DNA of 64,000 bases from Leucoraja erinacea (taxonomy: Eukaryota): assembly GCF_028641065.1 (NCBI RefSeq), contig NC_073384.1, positions 10,292,001 to 10,356,000 on the forward strand, given 5' to 3'. A model generated the notes under the pieces. The model made no database searches. It saw only the letters and a program-made list of their open reading frames with translations, and had not been told where the DNA came from. The position numbers and the translations under genes were made by a program. Below, piece by piece: positions 37,015 through 50,422 of this stretch (position 1 is its first letter; each line of letters begins with the position of its first letter).

Positions 37015-37204
37015 NNNNNNNNNNNNNNNNNNNNNNNNNNNNNNNNNNNNNNNNNNNNNNNNNNNNNNNNNNNNNNNNNNNNNNNNNNNNNNNNNNNNNN
37101 NNNNNNNNNNNNNNNNNNNNNNNNNNNNNNNNNNNNNNNNNNNNNNNNNNNNNNNNNNNNNNNNNNNNNNNNNNNNNNNNNNNNNNNNNNNNNNNNNNNN
37201 NNNN
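37015..37204. other. Assembly gap
   Basis: Run of N. Confidence 1.
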
Positions 37205-39401
37205 CCTTGTGCATCCCATCCCTACACTGTTGTTCTGTATTGAACCATCCTGGTCTTGCAGCCTGCTCCACAGTGTACAAGGAAACTACAGGGCCAAATA
37301 CACACAAAACTACAGCATCTACTACTGGCAATTATGTCATAAATATTTTCGTATTGTATCAGTGGGAAGACTATATATTCCCCTACATTCGTGCCAATTT
37401 TCTTATTTGATAGAAACTGGCCTGATATTACTTGGAAAAGATAAGATATAAATTGTAAATCACATCTGTGAATTATTGACCTTATGTTCATTAGTGATAG
37501 GAGAAGAATTAAGCCATTCGGCCCATCAACTCTACTCTGCCATTCAATCATGGCTGATCTATCTCTCCCTCCTAACCTCATTCTCTGCCTTCTCCCCATA
37601 ACCCCTGACACCCATACTAATTAAGAATCTAACCATCTCTGCGTTAAAAATATCCATTGACTTCCTGTGGCAAACAATTCACCACCCTCTGACTAAACAA
37701 TCTACAATACGAAAAGTCTGAAGAAGGGTTTCGGCCTGAAACGTTGCCTATTTCCTTCGCTCCATAGATGCTGCTGCACCCGCTGAGTTTCTCCAGCTTT
37801 TTTGTGTAACCTACAGATACCTATTGTGTTCAGTTCTGGGCACCATGTTATTTGAAAGATGTTGTCAAGTTGGAAACAGTACAGAGAAGATTTATAAGGA
37901 TGTTGCCAGGACTCAAGGGTCTGAGCTATAAGGAGAAGTTGTGTAGGCTGAGACTCTATTCGCTGGAACGCAGGTGGATGAGGGGGTGATCTTATAGAGG
38001 TGTATAAAATTATGAGAGGAATAGATCAGGTAGACACATAGAGTTTCTTGTGCAAAGTAGGGGAATCAAGAACCAGATTTAAGGTGAAGGTGGAATGATT
38101 TTCTAGGAATCTGAAGGGTAACATTTTCACACAAAGGGTGGTAGGCTGTACAAAACAAGCTGCCAAAGGAGATAGTTGAGGCAGGGTCTATTGCAATGTT
38201 TAAGAAGCAATTAGACAGGTACATGGATAGGACAAGTTTAGAGGGATATGGGGCAAACGCAGGCAAGTGGGACTAAGGTAGATGAGACATGAGTCGGTGT
38301 AGGCAAATTGGGCCATATGGCCTGTGTCCAAGCTGTCGACTCGATGAATCTATGAGCCTGTAAGAGAACACCGATCTCTGGTCTAGACTGAAATTCCATC
38401 TTCCCTGTCTATCTTATCAGCCAACCTTCCTACGCAACTCTAACCAACATCAGTAATATGGCAGTGTTAACTTTAAATACATTCGACATCTGTTCCTCAT
38501 TATAACGGACAAGCTTTTCCCTTTTCCCTTTGAGAATAGGGAAGATTCAAACAAGAGGACATGACTTCAGAATTAAGGGACAGAAGTTTAGGGGTAACAT
38601 CAGGGGGATCATCTTTACTCAGAGAGTGGTAGCGGTGTGGAATGAGCTTCCAGTGGAAGTGGTGGAGGCAGGTTCATTGGTATAATTTAAAAATAAATTG
38701 GATAGGCATATGGATGAGAAGGGAATGGAGGGTTATGGTATGAGTGCAGGCAGGTGGGACTAAGGGGAAAATAATTGTTCGGCACGGACTTGTAGGGCCG
38801 AGATGGCCTGTTTCCGTGCTGTAATTGTTATGTGGTTATATGGTTATATGGTTATATAATGAAAAGAGACTGTGAATTAATGACTTTGGTAATTTCAAAG
38901 AGAAATACATTAATTACTCCTGATATTGGTAACTATTATTGATAAACAATGTTTCATCTTTTTTTGTTTATCTCATTCTGCAGTTCATTTTTATTACATA
39001 AAAGTGTCCCGACCCGAAACGTCTCCTATTGATTTTGTTCCAGAGGTGCTGCCTGACCCATTGAGTTACTCCAGCATTTTGTGTCTATCTTTGGTATAAA
39101 CCAGCATTTGCAGTTCATTTTTTATTACAATATGTTTCATGTATCGTTGATGATTTTATAAGACCTATAAATTTAGAATTACGTTTGGGTGGTTGAAAAT
39201 AGAATAAATAAGCATTACTTTATGACACTTTCAATCAAAATAACAGTGCATTACATTATAACACTACAGTAACTCTCAAATATAAGTGGCATTACTGGGA
39301 AGAGCACTTCAGAGGACCTTAGCAATTTTGGAAAGAATTAAGAGCATTATACATGTGGCAAACTACATTGTAATTGCTACTGGGTTGGAATATAATGTTA
39401 T

Positions 39402-40182
39402 TAGAAACTTAGAAACATAGAAATTAGGTGCAGGAGTAGGCCATTCGACCCTTCGAGCCTGCACTGCCATTCAATATGATCATGGCTGATCATCCAACTC
39501 AGTATCCCGTACCTGCCTTCTCTCCATACCCTCTGATCCCCTTAGCCACAAGGGCCACATCTAACTCCCTCTTAAATATAGCCAACGAACTGGCCTCGAC
39601 TACCCTCTGTAGCAGAGAGTTCCAGAGACTCACCACTCTCTGTGTGAAAAAAGTTCTTCTCATCTCGGTTTTAAAGGATTTCCCCATTATCCTTAAGCTG
39701 TGACCCCTTGTCCTGGACTTCCCCAACATTTGGAGCAATCTTCCTGCATCTAGCCTGTCCAACCCCTTAAGAATTTTGTAAGTTTCTATAAGATCCGCTC
39801 TCTATCTCCTAAATTCTAGAGAGTATAAACCAAGTCTATCCAGTCTTTCTTCATAAGACAGTCCTGACATCCCAGGAATCAGTCTGGTAAACCTTCTCAG
39901 CAATCCCTCTATGGCAATAATGTACTTCCTCAGATTTGGAGACCAAAACTGTACGCAATACTCCAGGTGCGGTCTCACCAAGACCCTGTACAACTGCAGT
40001 AGAACCTCCCTGCTCCTATACTCAAATCCTTTTGCTATGAAAGCTAACATTCCATTCGCTTTCTTCACTGCCTGCTGCACCTGCATGCCTACTTTCAATG
40101 ACTGGTGTACCATGACACCCAGGTCTCGCTGCATCTCCCCTTTTCCTAGTCGGCCACCATTTAGATAATAGTCTGCTTTCAT
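39402..40182 (-). mobile_element. CR1/HER1 LINE 3' fragment
   Basis: QRDLGVMVHQSLKV...LYRVLVRPHLEYCVQFWSP through to the tail. Confidence 0.88.
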
Positions 40183-41494
40183 TCAAGGATAGGACAGGAT
40201 TGGAGGGATATGGACCAAACGTGGGCAGGTGGGACTAGTGCAGCTGCAACATGTTGGCCCGGTGTGGGCAAATTGGGCCCAAGGGCCTGTTCCCACACTG
40301 TATCACTCTATGATTCTACTCAGCTATGGTTAAGAGTTTTCTTGGTGGCTTGCTGAGAACAATATCATTCTGCAAACTAAACATTGGGACAAAGTTGGTC
40401 CAATGCCAACAACAAACTGTGCTTTTTTTACAAGATAAAGGGTTATTGACATTTGAATAAATCAGTTCCCATGGATATTTCCAAATTCTAATCAAGAGAT
40501 GTACAAGTAATGGAATGTGCATTGACAGAAACAGAGCCAAGATATCTTTCATTTTTGAAAGTCTAGGACCAGAGGCCGTGGCCTTAGAATAAAAGGACGT
40601 ATCTTTAGAAGGGAGATGAGGAGGAACTTCATTAGTCAGTAGGTGGTGAATCTGTGGAATTCATTTGGGGCTGCACAGTGGAGCAACGGTAGAGTTTCTG
40701 CCTTACAGCGCCAGAAACCCGGGTTCAATCCCGACTACGGGTGCATGTCTGTATGGAATTTGTGTTTTCTCCCCGTGATCTACGTGGGTTTTCTCCATGA
40801 ACTTTGTTTTCCTCCCACGGTATAAATGTAAATATGTCCATAGTGTGTGTAGGGTAGTGTTATGTGTAGCCATGATCATATTGAATGGCGGTGCAGGCTA
40901 GAAGGGCCGAATGGCCTACTCCTGCACCTAAACATTTTCTATGTTTCTATTTTGCAGGGATTGCTGGTCGGTGCGGACTTGGTGGGCTGAAGGGCCTGTT
41001 TCCGCACTGTATCTCTAAGCTAAACTAAACTAAACTAAACTAAACTAAACTAAGATGGCTGTGTAGGCCAAGTCTATTGATATTTTTAAGGTGCGGATTG
41101 ACAGATTATTGATTAGTACAGGTGTCAGGGTTTATGGGGAGAAGGCAGGAGAATGTGATTGAGAGGGAAAGATAGTCATGATTGAATGGTGGAATAGACT
41201 TGATGGGCCGAATGGCCTAATTATGCACTGAATACGTACAAACTTATGAACTTATTATGAACTAACATCAGAAAGTTATAGATGTTATTGAAACTGGTCG
41301 ATCGATGTTCACTGATGCTAAGCATGGAAAGTCTTCTCAATGTGTACACCAATGGGTAAAGCTCATTCATGGGAAGGTATGTGATACAAATTAAATAAAC
41401 TGTAATGAGTATGATGATGCAGTCACGATTAGCTTGGTTTAGTTTATTGTCACTTGTACCAAGGCACAGTGAAATGCTTTGTTATGTGCTAACC

Positions 41495-41715
41495 NNNNNN
41501 NNNNNNNNNNNNNNNNNNNNNNNNNNNNNNNNNNNNNNNNNNNNNNNNNNNNNNNNNNNNNNNNNNNNNNNNNNNNNNNNNNNNNNNNNNNNNNNNNNNN
41601 NNNNNNNNNNNNNNNNNNNNNNNNNNNNNNNNNNNNNNNNNNNNNNNNNNNNNNNNNNNNNNNNNNNNNNNNNNNNNNNNNNNNNNNNNNNNNNNNNNNN
41701 NNNNNNNNNNNNNNN
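41495..41715. other. Assembly gap
   Basis: Run of N. Confidence 1.
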
Positions 41716-41919
41716 TTATCTTCTGGTTTGGCGGTCTTTCTATTTGTGCAAAAACGTTCCACGATGGATCTATCTGGTCTCCTGCCAGTCAGCAGTGAGC
41801 GGATTGGTCTCTTCCCCTGTCACTCCCCGGGACGGTCCGCCCCTTCCTGCGCCATCGTGTCTTTACTGGAGCTGAGGATGGCCGGCGGAGGTTTACAAAC
41901 GGACTTTTGGAGGGACCCG

Positions 41920-42205
41920 AAGCAGCCCAGCCCAGAACCAAGCAGCCCAGACCAGCCCTGCCCCACCCCGCCCCGCCCCAAGCAGCCCAGCCCCAAGCAG
42001 CCTAGCCCCAAGCAGTCCAATGTTGGAGACCCCGACCCAGCCCAGGCCAGTGTGGGAGACCCAGCCCAGCCCAGCCCATGTTGGAGACCGGAGACCCAGC
42101 CCAGCCCAGCCCGTAGTCGGAGACCCAGCCCAGCCCAGCCCAGCCCAGCCAGCCAGCCCAGCCCAGCCCAGCCCATAGTCGGAGACCCAGCCCAGCCCAG
42201 CCCGT
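41920..42205. repeat. (CCCAG)n-based minisatellite, followed by a C-rich low-complexity tract to ~43000
   Basis: Runs of CCCAG punctuated by GGAGAC units. Confidence 0.9.
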
Positions 42206-43925
42206 AGTCGGAGATGTGGCCGATGTGGCCAAACGTAAAGTGGAGACTGTGATCTCGGTGGAGGAGAACTAACAGCGACCAGCGCCTGCTGGGAGTCCAA
42301 TCCATATCACCTCCACTTCCTGCCACTACTCCTCTGGTTCCCCTCACTGGCTCCTCCCACCCTCCCCTGTGATACCTCCCTCTCCCCCATGCTTCTTCCC
42401 TTGTCTTTTCTCTGAACTCACTCACTCCCCGACCACACACACCCCTCTCCCCCCACAACTCCCCCCCCGACCACACACTCTCCTCTCCCCTCACACACCC
42501 CCCCCTGCCCACACACTCCCTCCCCCGACAAGCCCCCCTGCCCACAACCCCCCCCAACACACACAACCCCCTGACACACACACACACCCCTCCCCCAACC
42601 CCCCCCCCCCCCTCCCACAACTCCCACAACCCTTCTCCTGCCCCCTTAAACCCACCCTGCCCCCACAACTCTCCCGTTCCTACAACCACACCCCCCCCCC
42701 CCCACCCCCGTCCCCATAACCCCCCCCCCCCCACAACACCCCCACACAAAACCCCCACCTCACAAACCCCCCACACCTCCCCCACAACAATCACCCCCCA
42801 CACCTCACGCCCCCACAAACCGCCCCCGTCCCCAAACCCCCCCTCCTACTCCCACAAACTCCCCACCCCAACACCCCCCTGCCCCCACAACCCCCCCACC
42901 CTCACAGTCGCTTTCCCCCACACACCCCTCCCCCCGCTCACACAACCTCCCCCCCCCCACATCCTCTCTGCCCGCACACACCCCCCCCCCCCCACAAACC
43001 CACGTCGCCTATTTCCTTCGCTCCATAGATGCTGCCTCACCCGTTTTCTCCAGCATTTCTCCAAACATTTTTTGTCTAACTTCGATTGTCCAACATCTGC
43101 AGTTCCTTCTTGAGCTATTGATCACAGATGTTTTATCCTAGGAGGACAATAAACAAGCGCAGGACAATACCAAAATCTTCTTGCTAATTATACATGCATC
43201 TGGCCAAATCATGTACTTGAAGCCAAGTTTCTTCTAATTGCCGTAATGAATTGTTCTGGCTATAATCTAGGCAACTTCATCTGATCATGTATTTTAATCA
43301 GGTATAATTTTTCCGTTGAAGATAGTCGGAAAATGCTGGAGCAAATCAGCGGGCCAGGCAGTACCTCTGGAGAGAAGGAATGGGTGATGTTTCGGGTCTT
43401 TCCACTAACTGATAGCACGCAAAAAAAACTGTTCAATGCGCCTCGGTGCAAATGGCAATAAGCTAAACTAAACTAAACTAATCAGGTGGGGTTGTGTGGG
43501 GATGAGTGAAGATTTCATCTGGAATTTATATGTGAGGTTCTACATGAAAATAGCACAAAAGTAGCCCACTCATTTTCCAGTTAATTCAAATATAAATGAA
43601 TGGCATATTAATTCCAAACCAGGATTACAATATTGGTCTGAAGAAGAGTCTCAACCAGAAACGTCAACTATTTCTTTTCTCCAGAGATGCTGCCTGACCC
43701 GCTGAGTTACTGCAGCTTTTTGTGTCTATTTATAATATTGAACCCAAGTCCTTACATTTCTAATATAATTCACTAGATAGCATATTGAAACAACCTGACT
43801 GATTTTTCTCAACCGTACCAAGGCCACGGGAAAATTCACATCCTGCAGAGTGAAAAAATAAAACCAACATGTCTACATTTAGCTTTCTCTGCAATAGCTC
43901 AGATCCACAATAAACACCTTTCAAC

Positions 43926-44228
43926 ACGGTGGCGCAGCGGTAGAGTTGCTGCCTTACGGCGCCAGAGATCCGGGTTCGATCCTGACTGCGGGTGGTGTCT
44001 GTACGGAGTTTGTACGTTCTCCCCGTGACCTGCGTGGGTTTTCTCCAGGATCTTTGGTTTCCTCACACACTCCAAAGACGTGCAGGTTTGTAGGTGAATT
44101 GGTTTGGCATAATTGTAAATGTTCCCTACAGTGTGTAGAAAAGTTCTAGTGTGCGGGGATCGCTGGTCGGCATGGACTCGATGGGCCGAAGGACCTGTTT
44201 CCGTACTGTATCTCTAATCTAAACTAAA
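43926..44228 (+). mobile_element. tRNA-derived SINE (HE1/V-SINE-like); representative of about 9 copies
   Basis: A-box-like GGTGGCGCAGCGG, B-box GGTTCGATCC, core GGAGTTTGTACGTTCTCCCCGTG and (CTAAA)n tail. Other copies at ~8500, 23290, 30810-31105(-), 36430-36712(-), 40666-41053, 45200-45508(-), 52415-52735(-) and 55705. Confidence 0.8.
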
Positions 44229-46705
44229 CAAATATAATATTTTACGGTTAAACACAGTGCCAGCTCAATTTGGCGTGAAGAACAGATCTCAGTCGTCTAA
44301 CTCGCAATGCAAAACTTTTGTGTCTTCATCGACATATTAGGAATGTAAGTGAACAAAACCATGTTTTGTTTATTATTATCTGATTGCAGTCGTGAATTGA
44401 TTTAGCTGTAATCTAGGCAACGTTATCTTATCGGGAACGGTTGTGTGGGGATGGGTGAACATTTCATCTTGAAAATATACGTGTAGTTCATGAAAATAAC
44501 TCAAAAATAGCCCATTTAATTACCAGAGAAACTAAATATAAATGAATTAATTAACAAACCGGTGTTACAACATAATTAATATATTAGTTATGCAATCAAA
44601 TGAGTATTGTGTGGAGGTGGATGCATTTAATTAGTTTTGCTTTATTGTACATCTTATTTTTAACTCTTCAGTATCAACATCCTGATGAGTATTTTTATTT
44701 TCTTGCATTGATGAGGGGTGATCTTATAGAGGTATATAATATAATGAGAGGAATAGTTTGGTTAGGTGAACAGTAGAGGACATAGGTTTAAATTGAAGGG
44801 AAAAAGATTTAATAGGAATCGGAGGGGTGACTTTTTCACACAAAGGGTGGTGGGTGTATGGACCGAGCTGCCAGAGGTGGTAGCTGATACAGGGCCTATC
44901 CCAACATTTTAGAAACAGTTAGACAGGTACATGGATAGGGCAGGTTTGGAGGTATATGGGCCAAACTTGGGCAGGTGTAGCTGGGACATGTTGGCTGGTG
45001 TGGGCAAGTTAGGTCATAGGGCCTGTTTCCACGCTATATGACTGTATGATTCTAATCACTGAAATAAACAGGCTGCAGGTATTTACAATGGGAATGTAAT
45101 GATGAGCTGTGGACATTTAGACTGATATCTGTGTACTTTGATTAACAATGCACACATTTGAATTATCAACTTTCTGGCCATTGCTGGTAATTGTTTTTAG
45201 TTTTTAGTTATTAGTTTTAGAGACACAGCGTGGAGACAGACCCTTCGGTCCACCAAGCCCGCTCTAACTAATGATCACCTATACACTAGTTCGATCCCAC
45301 ACATTAGGGAAACTTTTACAGAAGCCAATTAACCTGCAAACCTGCACGTCTTTGGGATGTGGGGGAAAACCGGAGCACCTGGAGAATACCCACGTGGTCG
45401 CAGTAGGGAACGTACAAACACCGTACAGACAGCACGCATGGTCAGGATCGAACCCAGTTCTCTGGCGCAGTGAGGCAGCAACTCTACTGTTGCTCCACTG
45501 TGCTGCCTTGTCACCCTGTTCACAGTTTGTGTCAGGTGAATGCTCCTTAAAACATGGAACATCATGGTCATAGAGCCATCATTGGAAACTACACGATGGA
45601 GATTCAACATTGAAGGCAGCAGTGGCGGATGGAGGATAGAAATGGTGTTGGTTCCCTTTCTTGGAACTGGTTAACTCTCTCAACTTGTCCCTGGACTCGG
45701 AAGAGGACTGAGTGCTCTCCACCATTGTTCTGCTCTACTGCAGCTGCTGTCCCCTTAAACCCCCCCCCCCCCCCTCCCCCGCACCCACACTTATTTATTT
45801 AATTACTACTTATTTACTGTTATTAGTGACTTTTTTTTTTTAGTACTTTTTGTTTTGTTTATCTTACCATATTTGTGTGGATGTGTATGTATGTGAGTGT
45901 TGTTTGTCCCCGTTTGGTTCCGACCTGATTCGGGTGGGTTGAAGGTGGATAAGGGCAAGGGCTTTGAGGGTTGCTTACATACTGTTGCACAATTAGGCCT
46001 TAACTGTCACTGTCTGTTATTATTGTACGTATGCAAATTGCTGTGAAATTCAAATAGAAAGATTTAAATTGAGAAATGGTGTCGGTGAGTGGGCTGTGGG
46101 CTTACATACTCCAATGCCCTTGGAGACCAGCTACGGGAGGCACCCCGGACGGGGCAGGGAGGCTGAGCGGTGGCCACGCGAGGCGAGGCTTGGCGCATTC
46201 GCAGGTCGATGGGTCCGGATCAAGGAGTTGGTGGAGTGGGCTGCTGGAGGCCTTGCAGCAGCCTGGGGCTCAAGTTGGATTGGGTGCCGCTCCAAAAAGG
46301 CAACGATATGATACGATACGATACAATACGATATAACTTTATTTATCCCAGGGGGGAAACTGTCATCAAAACACAAAATACATGAAACATTAAGTTAAAG
46401 TGATGACTGGAAAGGATTGGGGATGTGCAAAGATTGGGGAGGGAATCAGCGGGTGGGTGGGAGGGGGGGGGTGGTTTCGGGTCTTTCCAGTCAGTCCACC
46501 CCACAAAACAGAAGGGGGGTTGGGGGAGTTGTACAGTTTGATAGCTACAGGTAAGAAGGATCTCCTGTGGCGTTCTGTGCTGCATCTTGGTGGAACCAGT
46601 CTGTTGCTGAAGGTGCTCACTCCTCAGGTTGACCAGTGTGTCATGGTGCGGGTGAGCTGTATTGTCCAGGATGCTCCGCAGTTTGAGGAGCATCCCCCCC
46701 TCGCC

Positions 46706-47317
46706 TCATAGCAAAAGGATTTGAGTATAGGAGCATGGAGGTTCTACTGCAGTTGTACAGGGTATTGGTGAGACCACACCTGGAGTATTGCGTACAATTT
46801 TGGTCTCCAAATCTGAGGAAAGACATTCTTGCCATAGGGGGAGTGCAGAGAAGGTTCACCAGACTGATTCCTGGGATGTCAGGACTTTCATATGAAGAAA
46901 GACTGGATAGACTCGGCTTGTACTTGCTAGAATTTAGAAGATTGAGGGGGAATCTTATAGAAATAGGCGAGATGCAGGAAGATTGCTCCCGATGTTGGGG
47001 AAGTCCAGGACAAGGGGTCACAGTTTAAGGATAAGGGGGAAATCCTTTAGGACCAAGATGAGAAAAACATTTATCACACAGAGAGTGGTGAATCTCTGGA
47101 ACTCTCTGCCACAGAAAGTAGTTGAGGCCAGTTCATTGGCTATATTTAAGAGGGAGTTAGATGTGGCCCTTGTGGCTAAAGGGATCAGGGGGTATGAAGA
47201 GAAGGCAAGTGAGGATACTGAGTTGGATGATCAGCCATGATCATATTGAATGGCGGGGCAGTTTTGAAGGGCCGAATGGCCTACTCCTGCACCTATTTTC
47301 TATGTTTCTATGTTTCT
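46706..47317 (+). mobile_element. CR1/HER1 LINE 3' fragment
   Basis: LLQLYRVLVRPHLEYCVQFWSPNLRKD with a (TTTCTATG)n tail. Confidence 0.85.
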
Positions 47318-48934
47318 AAGACCACCTCCCATGAACCCAACTCCGCCATCAGGATGGAGCCAGCATTCATGATGAGTTTGTTAATCCTGTTGGCGTCCGT
47401 GGCCTTAGTAAAGCGCGTGGATCGGACGCGGCCTGCAGCATCACGGAGCGGTGGAGCAGCAGTGAGGGACATCGACAACAGCTTCTGGCCAGGCCGACCC
47501 CAGTAACTTCAACCCAGTGCCGTCACCAGGACAACGGGCCTTTATGGCCAAGTTAAGACTCTAACATTGTTAACAACTCTAAACTTGAAGGGTAAAAGAT
47601 GGCACCAGAAATGTGGCGACTCTTATGCACAACCTCAGTGTCATTTCCTAATCTTACACTTATGCACTTAAGTATGATTGTATGATAGTAAGATTTTTAC
47701 TAAATTCTCCACAATGAAAGAATATTACTGTACCTGTGACAATGTTCATTTGACAATAATATAACCTTTGACCATTGAATTTTGAATGGAGTTTTAATAC
47801 ATATCAAATGCTCTTTATCCTGAATCTGGAATATGTATTCAAGAAGGAAGGCAAATATTATGCAATGAAATAACACCAATAAAATAGTAATCATTGCTTT
47901 TTGAATTTATTTTCTAAATATCAATTAAAAATATATAAAATGATCGTACTGCATAAATCCAAAAAATACACAAAAAAATCTTCAAATTTCATGGATTTAT
48001 TTGCTGATGAGAGAGTTCAGCTCAACAGGTATATTTCCCTGGCAATAGTTGACCTTATACAAATTGTAATATTCTCAGAACGTGTAAGGATTTTTTCATT
48101 CTCTAATAAACTTGCAGGAATATAGTTAAGCTTTTTAACCATGTGTTAGAATGCTTATGAATAGTTATCATAGTCACCATTAATGGTGAGGGGGGGAAGA
48201 TTTAATGGGAACCTGAGGGGTAGCTTTTTTACACAAAGGGTGGTGGGTATATGGAACAAGCTGCCGGAGGAGGTAGTTGAGGCCGGACTATCACAACGTT
48301 TGAGAAACAATAAGACAGGTTGCATCGTGGCTTGGTTCGGCAACTTGAGCTCCCAGGAGCGGAAAAGACTACAAAAGGTAGTAAACACTGCCCAGTCCGT
48401 CATCGGCTCTGACCTCCCTGCCATCGAGGGGATCTATCGCAGTCACTGGCAGCATCATCAAGGACCCACACCATCCTGGCCACACACTCATCTCCCCGCT
48501 ACCTTCAGGTAGAAGGTACAGGAGCCTGAAGACTGCAACGCCCAGATTCAGAAATTGCTGCTTCCCCACAGCCATCAGACTGTTAAACTCAACTCAAACA
48601 AAACTCTAAACATTAATAGACTATTATCTGTTTATTTGCACTTTATCTGTTTATTTATTCATGTGTGTATTATTTATATAATGGTGTATGGACACACTGA
48701 TCTGTTCTGTATTCATGCCTACTATATTCTGTTGTGCTGAAGCAAAGCAAGAATTTCATTGTCCTATCTGGGACACATGAATATTGAATCTCTTGACATG
48801 TACATGGATAGGGTAGGATTAGAGGGATATGAGATATAGGCAGGAAGGTGGGACTAGTGTAGATGGGGCATGTTGGTCGGCGTGAATTGTAAGTTGGGTC
48901 GAAGGGCCTGTTTCCGCGCTGTATGACTCTATGA

Positions 48935-49463
48935 CTCCCCGTTGGAATGCAACCTTGTCGTGGCCGGGGAGCTTGTGTGTCTCAGTGACCCCTAGAGCTA
49001 TGCTAGCGGGAGATTCGTCTCCTGTTAGGGTCTCCCATGCTGGACAGGTCGAAGGGTAGAGGCGGGACGAGGAGTGATCCACTGGTCCTTCCAGGTTGGA
49101 GGTTGAGCAGAGGGCTAACAACCCTGTCTCGTAAAACAAATATGTTACGGAAACAGCAACTGAAGGAATCAACACTGTTGGGCGTGATGGTCTTCCAGGG
49201 CTATCGACAGATGCTAGGATGAATGTCAATGGTGAAGAGAACCACACAGCATCCCAAGAATAGCCCTGCACTAGACGCCATAAGGGAAAAGGAAAAGAGG
49301 GAGACCCAAAATCACCTGGCGTCGAACTGTAGAGGAGGAAATTAAAACAATGGACCTGACCTGGGGTAGTGTCTAGAAGCTAGTCTTGAACATGCAGGAG
49401 TGGAGAACCTTCGTTGCTCCCCTACATGCCAGGAGGCATAATAGGCAGTAGGTAAGTAAGTAA
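48935..49463 (+). mobile_element. Internally deleted (bipartite) RTE-clade retroelement
   Basis: RTE-type 5' UTR (CCTTGTCGTGGCCGGGGAGCTTG, GGGCTAACAACCC) joined directly to the RTE ORF end (GKRKRGRPKITWRRTVEEE...EWRTFVAPLHARRH) and a (GTAA)n tail. Confidence 0.7.
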
Positions 49464-50206
49464 TCACTATGATTTACAGCACATAAATAGTCCCTTCGGT
49501 TCATCTTGACCATGTTGGCCAAGTAGGCTTGTCCCATTTGCCTGCATTTGGTCCATAGGCCTTTAAACCTAAGAGATGCTGAAACAAGGAACTGCAGATG
49601 CTGGTTTAAGTTTGAAGCAGAATCCTGACCCGTCTGTGGAATGCTCTGCCTCCGAGACAGGTTCTCTGGATGCTTTCAAGAAAGAGCTAGATAGGACTCT
49701 TAAAAATAGCAGAGTCAGGGGATACGGGGAGAAGGCAGGAACGGGGTACTGATTGGGGATGATCAGCCATCATCATATGGAATGGCGGTGCTGGGTCGAA
49801 GGGTTGAAAGGCCTACTCCTGCACCTATTGTCTATTGAAACGTTACTTATCCACCTTTTCCACAGATGCTGCCTGACCACTTAGTTACTCTAGCTCTTTG
49901 GCCCTTAAACCTTCCCTAGTTGTTAGAATTAGAATTTGAATTAATGTTTAAAATATATCTTCAAAGTTTTTTGAATCATTTTAATGTTCACAGAGACCCA
50001 TAGAATGGTAGTCTTTGGATTAATATTAAATGTCACTGCTTTTTGAAGGTCAACATGAAATAAATCTGGCTTGCAAACATCCTTGCTCTGAGTCCTTTTA
50101 TTCCCTGCAAGCGATTAACGTCACAGCCAATATTGCAACAATATTCTCAAAACAACTTTGATTATCCATGCATAGAACTGGACAAAATTACCACTTGTAT
50201 AAGTAA

Positions 50207-50422
50207 TGCCCCTGTCCCACTTACGAAACCTGAACGGAAACCTCTGGAGACTTTGCGCCCCACCCGGAGGTTCCCGGAGGTTTTTGTCAGTCTCCCTACC
50301 TGCTTCCACTACCTGCAACCTCCGGCAACCACCTGCAACCTCCAGGAACCACGTGGAAACCTTGGGTGGGGCGCAAAGTCTCCAGAGGTTTCCGTTCAGG
50401 TTTCCTAAGTGGGACAGGGGCA
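50207..50422. mobile_element. Near-palindromic MITE (Harbinger-like termini)
   Basis: TIRs of ~60 bp (TGCCCCTGTCCCACTTA...GCGCCCCACCC). Internal ACCTGCAACC repeats. Flanks are TAA and TAT. Confidence 0.75.

Noticed and set aside
41479-42818. 242-aa and 332-aa Pro/Gly-rich ORFs
   Set aside because: Translations of CCCAG and C-rich low-complexity repeats and of N runs.
43926-43996. tRNA-like sequence with A and B boxes
   Set aside because: It is the head of a SINE, continuing into the SINE core and (CTAAA)n tail; not a tRNA gene.
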